From contig NC_083409.1 of NCBI RefSeq assembly GCF_020745735.1, positions 15,037,873-15,101,872 of the forward strand: a stretch of 64,000 bases of DNA, written 5' to 3'. Made by a program: the position numbers and the translations under genes. The notes beneath the pieces are model-generated. The model saw nothing but the letters and a program-made list of their open reading frames with translations. It did no database searches and was not told the origin of the DNA. Shown in pieces: positions 1-9,689 of this stretch (position 1 is the first letter of the stretch; every line of letters begins with the position of its first letter). This stretch comes from Hemiscyllium ocellatum. Lineage: Eukaryota.

Positions 1-1109
1 AGAAACATGAGCACGTCTCGTCCTGCTCCATGGAGCGGACTCTGGACTGGAAGATTATCTTGGAGGCCTCCAAGGCAAAGAGGGAGGTTTGCTGCCCCTT
101 CACCTCCTTGAGGTCCTCTGTGACATCGACCCCCATCGTCTGCAGCAGGAGCAGGTTCTGCATACTTTCCTGGACCTGGGATAGTTTTCCCTGCCTCTCT
201 CTCACCTCCTGAACACCTTTGAGGATGAAGAACCTCTTGATGTTTCATTTTACTGTTTCCCACCAGTCCGCTGGGGACTCAAAGAGGGGCTTCACGGTTC
301 TCCAACCTGCGTAGTCCCTCTTCAGCTCCTCAATGTTTCCCGGGGCCAACAGCTTTGTATTCAGCTTCCACGTTCCCTTACCCGCCTGCTGCTCGTCCTG
401 TAGGTGACAGTCGGCCAGCAGGAGGCAGTGGTCAGAGAAGAACACTGGCTTGATGTCGGTGGATCTGACCAAGAGCGTTCGGGACACAAACAGGTAATCT
501 ATCCTTGAGCGGATAGACCCGTCTGCCCGTGACCAGGTGTACCTACACTGCGCTCTATCTGCAGGGGTGCTGAAGACGTCGTGCAGATTGGCATTTTTAC
601 CGTGTCCATCAGGGCTCTGGACGTGGCGTCCAGTTTACTGTCCCCCCCGCTGGATCGTCCATCTGCATCAATGATACAGTTGAAGTCTCCGGCCAGAATG
701 ACTGGCCTGGACGTAGCCAGTAACAGTGGAAGCTGCTGCAGGACGGCCAACCGTTCACTATTACCTGCTGGGGTGTACATGTTGATTAGTCTCGCCGGAG
801 CGTTTCTGTATGTAACATCAGCGACTAGGAGGAGCCAGCCCACCACCTCCTTAACCTCGGAGATGTTGAAGTTGCCTCCTCACAACAGGATCCCGAGGCC
901 TGAGGAACGGATGTTGTTGCCCCCGACCAAACTGATGGTGCATGGGCCCACAAGCTCGACCATCTCCTGCAGCTTCTGAGGTGCGGCATCCCACACTCCT
1001 GCAGAAACAGGATGTCGGCTTTGACTTTGGCTAGGAAGGCCATCGTAGAAACACATTGCGCAGCAGATTTTATGCTGTGCACATTAATGCTTGCAATTCT
1101 TATCCCCAT
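1..1109 (-). mobile_element. Tx1/L1-clade non-LTR retrotransposon ORF2 5' part (APE endonuclease), frameshifted, runs off window start
   Basis: Successive minus-strand frames give MGIRIASINV..ILFLQE, VILAGDFNC, FFSDHCLL and GTWKLNTKLL, the APE motifs of Tx1/L1 ORF2. Confidence 0.85.
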
Positions 1110-1214
1110 TTTTAACAGGTTTTGAGGTTACCCGTATCCATTTCCTACTGGCCCTGCCCGTCTGCGGTAGCTGTCTGCATCCCCATGGTGAACACGAACT
1201 GCTTAGGTGATTGT

Positions 1215-1480
1215 GTGAATGAAGTTTGAACATTGATCTGTGTCTGCGTGGGTTCCCTCCAGGTACTCCAGCGTTCTCCCAAATCTAAAGACATGCAAGT
1301 TATGTAGATTGGCCGTGCTCAATTATACATAGTGCCCGGGGTGTGCAGGCTAGGTGGATTAGCATGAGAAATGTAGGCTTAGAGGGATGGGATTGGTCTG
1401 GGCAGGATGCTCTTCAGAGGGTCGGTGTGAAATCGATGGGCCAAATGGTCTTCTTCCAAAGTGTAGGGATTCTATGATCT
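1215..1480 (+). mobile_element. HE1-like V-SINE (5'-truncated)
   Basis: V-domain tgtgtctgcgtgggttccctccagg and CR1-derived tail gggccaaatgg..gtgtagggattctatgat. Confidence 0.8.
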
Positions 1481-2394
1481 ATTACCATCCTCGTCTTTTG
1501 CTATTGTTGTGTCTAACTTTGTGATTCATGTCCCAGGACCCTCAGATCCCTCTGCGCCTGCCTGCAAAAGGGGATAAAAATAAAATGCTTGTTCAAGGTC
1601 TTTGTGCTGGTCAGGGGTTAGGGCTTGACAAGAGAACACTTGCTAAATGGAGCTCTTGCTGGGAGAGAAAGTCAGGAGAAAGCAGTTTCCAGTGAATTAC
1701 TCATCAACAGGTAGTTGTGGTAAGTGAAGGGGTTACGCTATGAAAATGCAGGAATAGGTACAGGCCTCAAGAGGAAGGGACAGGAAAATGTCTTTGCTCA
1801 GAAACTGCTTTGAGCAGAGAGCAGTCAGCAGGTACTGTGCTCACAGCAGCTAAGGCAGACTGGGAATGTTCAACTCGAATGTCTCAAAGCTACGAAAGTA
1901 TCACCTGAATGTAAGACTGAAGATGAAACCTCAGAGTGTGTCTTCAGTGACAGGAAACCAGGAAGCTGTGCCCCAGCAGGATGCAGCTGTTCTAGGATGG
2001 TCACCCACTGACATTGAGAAAGGAATGAGAGACAAACCCCACACTCAAACCCTGAAACACCCAGCCACCTGATGCACCATTAGATTCAACCCAATCTGCT
2101 CAGTGTCCATCTCCCAGGAAGTAGGCAGCAGGTCATGGTGTCTGTACCTGTCTGTGTTCCGAAATGATGGCACTTGATCTGCAGACTTCACATTCCGCTT
2201 CCTCTAACTCCCTGTGAGAAACCTCCTTAATCTGCAACAGTGGGAAAGCAAACTCAGAACGAGAGTCTCAATCAGCATCAAACAATAACCACACAGACCA
2301 TACCACTACCTCCCCCCCTCCCCACCCACCTCCCCCCCCCACCCCTCCCCAGGGCAAGCGTGTCCTCCCCCACCTCTCCTTGCCCTCTCACTCC

Positions 2395-2502
2395 CTGAGT
2401 TGACTCCTCCTCCTCCAGTCTCCTTTTCCCATCTTCAGTCCCCACCAGCCTCTGTTTGGTTTGGAGGAGCTCCTTGGTGAGGACATCAGCCTTTTCCTCA
2501 AC
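2395..2502 (-). pseudogene. Orphan degenerate exon resembling the RABGAP1/RABGAP1L C-terminal coiled coil
   Basis: Translates VEEKADVLTKELLQTKQRLVGTEDGKRRLEEEESTQ, close to recalled RABGAP1L [35 protein letters not shown]. It is preceded by a pyrimidine tract lacking AG and followed by ggaGTGAGA. Confidence 0.65.
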
Positions 2503-2535
2503 CAGAGTGGGCAAGATGGACACAGTGTGAGGGAC

Positions 2536-3050
2536 CACCTGGATCTCCCCCTCAGTCCCCAGTCACAGAGCCTGGGCCTGGGTCACCGCTTACTCCCCAG
2601 TCACGGAGCATGGGCCCTGGGTCTCCCCCTCACTCTCCAGTCACGGAACCTGGGCCTGGGTCTCCCCCTCAGTCCCCAGTCACAGAGCCTGGGCGCTGGG
2701 TCACCCCTTACTCCCCAGTCATGGAGCCTGGGCCCTGGGTCACCCTCACTCCCCAGTCATGGAGCCAGGTCCCTTGGTCTCCCCCTCACTCCTCAGACAG
2801 GGAGCCGGGTCCCTGGGTCCCCCCCTCACTCCCCAGTCATGCAGCCTGGACCCTGGGTATCCCCCTTACTCCCCAGTCACAGAGCCTGGACCCTGGGTCT
2901 CCCCCTTACTCCCCAATCACAGAGCCTGGACCCTGGGTCTCCCCCTCACTCCCCAATCATGGAGCCTGGGCCCTGGGTCTCCCCCTCACTCCCCAATCAT
3001 GGAGCATGGGCCCTGGGTCTCCCCTCACACCCCAATCATGGAGCCTGGAT
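2536..3050. repeat. GC-rich minisatellite, about 40-bp unit, about 13 copies
   Basis: Unit ccccctcactccccaatcatggagcctgggccctgggtct repeats with period 39-40. Confidence 0.95.
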
Positions 3051-3359
3051 CTTCCTCTGTTCCCACCCCCTCCCTCTGTCACAGAGTCTGGGAGCGAGTC
3101 ATGAAGTAACTCTCCGAGCCTCGAATGTGCCATCACAGGACAGCAAGGAAAATCCCAGTTGAAGGAGGGGATGTCATGCTGGGCTACGTTGTCTCGAGGA
3201 AGCTGTTCAATATTGAATGGAACCAGCAGGAAAGGGCTGGACAACCAAGTCTCTGGGCCGTAAGCAAATGGGAATGGGACATGGTACACAGAGACAGACA
3301 ATTACGAAAAGAAGACCAAACAGAAATAAGACAGTACTCATACACAGCAGATGGAGTTT

Positions 3360-3760
3360 ATATTTGGAAAGTATAAGGTCATGCACTTTGGTCGTAATAA
3401 TCAAATGGCAGATTATTATTTAAATGGAGACAGATTCCAACAAAGTGCAATGCAGAGGGATCTGGATGTTATTGTGTATGAAACATAGAAAGTTAGTGCA
3501 GGTACAGCTAGTAATTGCTGAAAATGTGTTGCTGGTCAAAGCACAGCAGGCCAGGCAGCATCTCAGGAATAGGGAATTCGACGTTTCGAGCATAAGCCCT
3601 TCATCAGGAATGAAGGCGAATTGAATAGGAGCCTTTATTGCTGGGAGTTGGAATATTAACGTAGAGAAAACTTGTTATAACTGTACAGGGTGTTAGTGAG
3701 TCTGCATGTGGAGTACAGTGTGCAGTATTGATCCCTGTGTTTAACAAAGAATGTACTGGC
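3360..3760 (+). mobile_element. CR1 RT 3' fragment, split by a Penelope-type terminal stub at 3516-3612
   Basis: KVMHFGRNN..YYLNG..QRDL motif. The same fragment without the stub lies inverted at about 30560-30850. Confidence 0.75.
3576..3611 (-). ncRNA. Minimal type I hammerhead ribozyme motif in a Penelope-like terminal repeat
   Basis: Minus strand reads AUUC-CUGAUGA-A-GGGC-UUAU-GCUC-GAAACGUC/GAAU: stem I AUUC:GAAU, intact core, stem II, palindromic ACGU stem III. Confidence 0.8.
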
Positions 3761-3826
3761 ATTGGAGTCCTCCTCCTGCTTCTATTTTCCATGTCCTTGT
3801 GTTCTCCAGTCTCGTTCTCTCACAGC

Positions 3827-4051
3827 CGAACTGGTTTGGAGCTGAAAATGTGTTGCTGGTCAAAGCACAGCAGGCCAGGCAGCATCTCAGGAATAGAGAA
3901 TTCGACGTTTCGAGCATAAGCCCTTCTCAAAACGTCGAATTCTCTACTCCTGAGATGCTGCCTGGCCTGCTGTGCTTTGACCAGCAACACATTTTCAGCT
4001 GTGATCTCCAGCATCTGCAGACCTCATTTTTTACTCGAACTGGTTTGGAGC
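3827..4051. mobile_element. Penelope-derived foldback insertion with 16-bp TSD
   Basis: About 71-bp inverted arms with 1 mismatch and a spacer of about 19 nt. TSD cgaactggtttggagc at 3827-3842 and 4036-4051; the empty site is visible in the paralogous arm at about 30451-30467. Confidence 0.85.
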
Positions 4052-4479
4052 CTGCCTGCAGTAACAGCCTCCAGCCTCTGGGTGGTGCCTTGCCCAGCCT
4101 CCCAATTCCTCTCCCCAGTCTCCTGCTGCAGCAGGTGGGGAGGTGATATAATGGACCACTCGGTTATCCTCAATCCCTCCCCCATCTCCCAAACTCTCCA
4201 ACCTAGCCTTCCCCCTCATGACTGGCAGCTGTGCCTTCAGTCGCCCAGCCCTCAGCACAGGGATTTCCTCCACAAACCCCTCTCACTTCTTTGTCTCATT
4301 CTGTTCATCATCACAAAAACTGTGTGATGGTTCCTACATTAAAAATGCTAGATCAATACAAGTTGTTGTTGTTGCTGTTACTGACCAGGAGTTAGTCATT
4401 GACACGTTTCACTGATATAAAAGGAAAGGGAATGACCACTGACTGTGGAGAGGTGATCATTTTTAGCCAGCTGTACCAC

Positions 4480-4850
4480 CACTACTCGCAGTACCACCAC
4501 TACCCGCTGTACCATCACTACCAACTCACCAAGGTTCCTTAAGGTATTACCTTCCAAACCAATGACCACTACCATCTAGAAGGACAAGGGCAACAGATAC
4601 GTGGGACACCATCCTCTGCAAGTGTCCATCCAGGCCACTGCCCATCCTGACTTGGAAATACATCACAGCTCCTTCACTGTCGCTGGGTCAAAATTCTGGA
4701 ATTTCCTCCCTTAGTATTATGTGGGGAGGCCTACAGCACATGGATTGCAACGGTTCAAGAAGGCAGTTCACCACCAACTTCAGCACGGCAACAAGTGATG
4801 GGGAGTAAATTCTGGCCCAGGCAGTGACCCCCACATACCATGAAAGAATT
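4480..4850 (+). mobile_element. 3' end of a CR1/L2-clade LINE family (tail also at about 25780-26025 and 52990-53300)
   Basis: Shared tail ccatctagaaggacaagggc..cctgacttggaaat..ttcaagaaggcag. Confidence 0.7.
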
Positions 4851-6275
4851 TTAAGAAGTCCCTCTACTTTGGCTTCTCCATCCCACCCAGCCCACTACTC
4901 AGGCCTCACTGGTTACTTGGGGTTTATTTGCCAGCCTGTCCCATTCTCCACTCCGGTGTCCTACCCCCCGATATCCTGGTCAATAACTTGCTGTTATTGT
5001 GGGAGCCTGCTGAGAGTAAATGAGCTGTCACAGCTCCCACATTACAACAATGTCTAGACTTTGAAAATATTCCATTGTCTGGAAAACATCTTCGAACATT
5101 CTCAGCTCATGAACGGTGTTTTTGTTTCCCTTCCATGCCTTCCCATCTGTTTCCTCACAACATCCCTCTCTTGTTTAAAATCTAGAATGAATTATGAATC
5201 TCTGGGAAAACTTATCCTGTGGCAACATTTGAGACTAACAACCACCTCCTCGATGGGCTTTGAGTGTGAAGGTCAATAACACTCTCACTGAGACTTGATC
5301 TGGGTTATCTCCAGTCAGTCAGTGTTATTGTTCTGGGGCCAGACAGTACTGACCAACCTTAGACCCTGTGATCTGATTGAGATGAAGAGTGAGCTGTGCT
5401 GGGTATTAACACATGGATCAGTATAGTGAAGCAGGGATTACCCATTTCACAAGAGAGTAAATTGAACTAACAAACTGGGTGGCTGTGACGCCCTCACGCC
5501 GATACCGAGAGAGTTGTGGAGACAGGAATAGTAACATCCTCAGACAGAAAGGATGCTCAAAATGGTATGGCCCCCAGTGAGGGAGGGGACAGGAACAGCT
5601 ACACTCCCCTGAGAGAGAGGGGACAGTTACAGTGACACTCGTGAGAGGCAGGGGACAGTCACTGCCTGTTCTCCATTTTCTTCCTGTGTTGTGATGTAGG
5701 GCCTGGGAAATTGTCTTGGTTTATATGTTCTCAGTTGTATTTGGGTTTGATGAGTTGATTCAGTAATAAGTATTCCAATTCTACATTTCCTGTAGCAGCA
5801 GATCCACTGAAGGTCATCCTTTCATTTGGAGCTTGCCCAGGTTTCTGTCCAGGCTGATACAGCATGATCTCCCAGTGCTGCTCCTATTGAGCTAAACCAT
5901 CACACATGAGGGAATCTGACGGGCACTTTCTCTTTGTGCCGGCAAAGGGAGAGATTTGCTTTTACTGCAATGGCGGCCAAAGAGATGGGTCAGTGGAGGT
6001 AGTTTTCCTTGAAAGCTGGAGATAGTAGGATGAGAATTCAAACACCCACCCACTCCGTCACATGGTGTTGAAGACACACTTTCCTCATTAAAACATGTTT
6101 GCAAAGCTCTTCGTAACACGTAAGGGGAGGGAAACATTGCAAACTGTGTTATCACGTGTGAGGGTCCATGAAAAACTAGGACCATGATGTTAAATGATCC
6201 CAGCCATAAACAACACTGATGGATTTACATCATTAGCTTGTCAAACAATATTAGAAAGTCTGTGATCAGAAAGAG

Positions 6276-6410
6276 GAAAAAGGACAATGTGCAGATTGTT
6301 GAACAGGCCCCTACACCTGGGCCTGAAGCAGAAATCCAAGCTCCAACACACTGGCCTCACTTGACACCAACCTTCACACAGTGCGGGGTCATGAACTCTG
6401 GCCATCAATT
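6276..6410. promoter_or_regulatory. Conserved non-coding block with E2A-type E-box (left copy), candidate enhancer
   Basis: 51-bp perfect match (6276-6326) and about 93% over about 130 bp to 28585-28455; CACCTG at 6314-6319. Confidence 0.45.
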
Positions 6411-6742
6411 CCTCTGGGATCAGGACGGAGTGAGGGAACAGGGACAATTATAGAAGAGTCAATGAGGAGTAAATCAAGATGGAGAGGGTGTTTTAGAAAG
6501 GGTTTAGAGGAGAAAATATACTTTGCGTCACTCAATACTGACATAGTCTACATGAATCACAGAATGAACAAAACTGCACACTGTGAAGACAATCATATCC
6601 CAGGGGACATTTTCACTGCGGTGTGATAAGTATCCCGGTTCGAAAGCTGTTCTCCCTCTCTCTCTCCACATTTCTACAGATTGAACTGGTTTGACCCGAG
6701 CAGGGCCCCAGTTCATTTGTTCTGTTCAGGGACAGTGAAACA

Positions 6743-6757
6743 GCTGCCCTCTAGTGG
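6743..6757 (-). promoter_or_regulatory. CTCF core motif (left copy)
   Basis: Reverse complement reads CCACTAGAGGGCAGC, a full match to CCASYAGRKGGCRSY, identical in the paralogous arm. Confidence 0.7.
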
Positions 6758-6916
6758 CTATAGAGTGCTGGTACCGCTGCTGAGAACCACGTGTCAAGTC
6801 CTGGGCCATGAGCATCTGAACGAAACTGCAGCCATTCCAGTGGATTCCGGTGGGAATGAGTTATCAGTTGTTTCGGCCTGGTTCACCAGTCAGTCAATCA
6901 GGCCATGGCTGACCTA

Positions 6917-7540
6917 TGTAAATATATATATAAAAAACTTACCTGGAAACTAAATTGTCGAGTCTGAGGGGCGGGTCCTCAGCGCTCAGAGGTCATGTGG
7001 TCCTCTGATGCACGCACAGAGGATGATCACGTGATGCTCCGAGACGCGGGCGCGGTCACGTGGTCTCCCTGTTTCGCGCTCCGGAACGTCACGTGATCGG
7101 CCGTTTCACGCCCCGGAAGTGGGCGAGACTGCCGTTTCGCGCTCGAAAGGAGGCCGCATGGTGGTCCTTTGTCTCCGAAAAGGGAAGGTCACGTGAGGTC
7201 AGACAGCCGGAAATGCGAGGAGGCGGGGAATGGAGTCGGAGCAACAGCCAATGAGAAGACAATTTCACTTGAGTGATGGTATGATGTTTTCTATAGTATA
7301 AAAGACGGTGTCAGGGACAGATATTGGGTTCTTTGTTCTTTCTGAACTGACTGACTGAGTAGTTTGTCAGGGACAGAAAGGTTTAGACCCAGAGCTCTGT
7401 ATACTTTATCCACTTACTGATAGAATAAAACTAAAAGTGTAAGATTACATATTTTTTCTATTGCTTTATTTAAAGAGCACGCAGGACTTGGCTCACACAT
7501 AAAAGATAATAAATTTGTAGATTGAGCCTAAAGTTCGTCA
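6917..7540 (+). repeat. ERV 5' LTR (624 bp)
   Basis: CCAAT 7248, TATAAAA 7297, AATAAA 7424; about 27 substitutions and 1 indel versus the 3' LTR (manual count). Confidence 0.98.
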
Positions 7541-7542
7541 GA

Positions 7543-7560
7543 TGGTGAGCCTGACATGAT
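7543..7560 (+). other. Primer binding site, tRNA-Trp-like
   Basis: TGGTGAGCCTGACATGAT versus the tRNA-Trp complement TGGTGACCCCGACGTGAT: 15/18, with two mismatches at CpG transitions. Confidence 0.65.
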
Positions 7561-8199
7561 CCCAACGTGATCCAGACTGAGCGACGTAAACGCGAGAAAA
7601 ATAGAAACAACAGACACTGACGTCTGGTGATGACAACAAGCGGCGCCGCAAAAATAAAAGGTGAGCAGACACCAGTTTATATCGTAGCTCTGTGATTGGA
7701 GATACTAAACTGATTGTTGTCACTAGACTGCAAGTGTCCTAGTAATAGTAAGTGGATAAAGTATTGATTTAATATGTACGGGTTTAAAGTCCCATGGGGT
7801 TAGAGTCCTCATAAAAGCACCAAGGTACGTATGTGTGAGAAGCTTTAAAGTCCTTTGAGCAGGATCTCATAAAAGCACCGCTCACGAATATTGGTTGATA
7901 ATTGATGTGTTGTAAGTTTTAAAATTACATTAGGAATGTACGGAGGGTAGTAGCAAAGCCAGTGATGTCTCTGAGACAAAGACGGTGGTGTCTCAGTGAG
8001 AAAGAGTAGGCAGTAGAAACTTAAAGGTGATAACGAAACTGCTGATAACTTTAACTGTAAGAGTAAGTTGTTTGGGTGTATTTTATACAGATTGATTCGC
8101 AACTGGATTTGTTTTAATTGGGTTGGGTGCTTGGCTAAATTAAATATAAATCGATTGGTTATTGGACAGGAGGATTTTAAAAAAAAAGAAATACATAAA

Positions 8200-9660
8200 A
8201 TGATAGGGAATTTGATAAAGAGCATGAAGAAAACGGAAGATGTTCTTCTGATTTAGTGTTGTCCGTAAAACAGCAGTGAGGTAAAGTTAGAGGTCAGTTA
8301 ATTAATGGGCTTGCAAAGAACAAACAAAAAAACAGTGATGCAGAAATATGGGAAGATTTATAAAAGCAGGACAAAGTCCTTAAAGAAGAGGAGAGGAAGA
8401 AATTGTCACCGTTTTTGGGAAAAGCAGAAGAGTAGGTTAGATTAGAAGTAGAAGAGCATGTGAAGGGAAACAAAGGGTCAATACTGGTTGGAAGAAAGTG
8501 GACAAAAGAAGCCGAAGAGAAAGAAGAGAGGAGGAGTCAAGGAGTAGCACAGATAGTGAAGACGAGGAGTCCTGCCCAGGGGGCGGTCCAAAGACGTACC
8601 CTGTCACTTTAAAAGGCTCACTTACTATGCGTACTGAACAGGGCTTCTCAGGGGTACAGCCTCTGTTTGAAAACAGTTATGATTTGTGACAGAGGGAGAT
8701 ATTGTGGCTGCCCATAAAATATCAGCACCAACTGCCTCTAGATTATAAAGGCTCTTTTGTGGGGGATGTGTATCAGCCCTTTACCTATACAGATATGAAT
8801 TGTATTTTGGATAAAATGTCCCCACCCATAGAGGGAGGTGGACCCTGGATGACTAAATTTTGCCAATACACACTAGGCTTCAAGTTGGCCATGGGTGATT
8901 GGAGAGCATTCGTGGGCAAACAATTGAGTATGTGGGAGGTACAGCAGATTGAAGTGTCTGAGGGGACCACCTTAGTACCTGACTCGGACCCGTTTGCGCA
9001 GCATGCCACCTGTGTGGGAAGGGCAATGAGGGATAGATTCCCGATTCCACCAGGAGCAATGCACTCGCTCACCTTCACAATGAAGGAAGGCGAGAAGATG
9101 CTTGCCTTTTTGGCTAGATGTAAAGGCACGGGGACAGATACTGCGGGGAGCCATCCAGGGTCAGGTCAGCTACAGACCACGTAGTTTAGGAATGCCGTTA
9201 TGGCAGGGATGCCTAAGGAAGTAAAAGAGGTAATGGAGAGTAATCATGATATCCCAGGGTGTTCTACAGAACAGTGGGAAAAACATTTGATGCATCATAT
9301 GAAGCGATATAGGACAAAACAGAATGAAGATAAACAGAGCAATGGGTCAGCACAAGTGCAGTTGCTGAAGTTACAGCTTGATGAGGCTGGACGGAAGGTT
9401 AATGAGACAGAGAAGGCCTCCCAAAAGACGACCAATCAGATGGTGCAGCAGCCGTTGCCACAAACTAACCGGCAGAGTCTAGACCCGGCACCTGATTCGA
9501 TGCCATACTACCCCCTTTTAGGAGGGCAGGCCAAGTGGTGTTCCAGGAGGAATGAGTGGTAGAGGAAGGGGCCGTGGAGGAGTCAGAGGTTAGCCACGGG
9601 ACACTTGTTTTGAATGTGGCCAACCTGGGCATTAGAGAAGAAAATTGTCCCCTGCTATGG
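8200..9660 (+). pseudogene. gag: ERV gag (disrupted), capsid-like region and CCHC zinc knuckle
   Basis: ORF pieces 8702-9184 and 9200-9562. CFECGQPGH*RRNC at 9606-9648 carries a stop and a 1-nt frameshift, and is preceded by an RG-rich stretch. Confidence 0.85.
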
Positions 9661-9689
9661 GGCCCCCAGGGATTGATCCGAGGACAGTA

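Noticed and set aside
2461-3162. Pro-rich 233-aa and overlapping ORFs
   Set aside because: By-products of the stop-free 40-bp minisatellite.
6241-6453. Conserved small ORFs shared with 28324-28650
   Set aside because: Differences between copies are mostly non-synonymous in both orientations and there are no convincing splice or start signals; treated as non-coding conservation.
6937-6946. U1 snRNA gene (ACTTACCTGG equals the U1 5' end)
   Set aside because: Only 10 nt match, with no U1 body or Sm site; it is part of the LTR.
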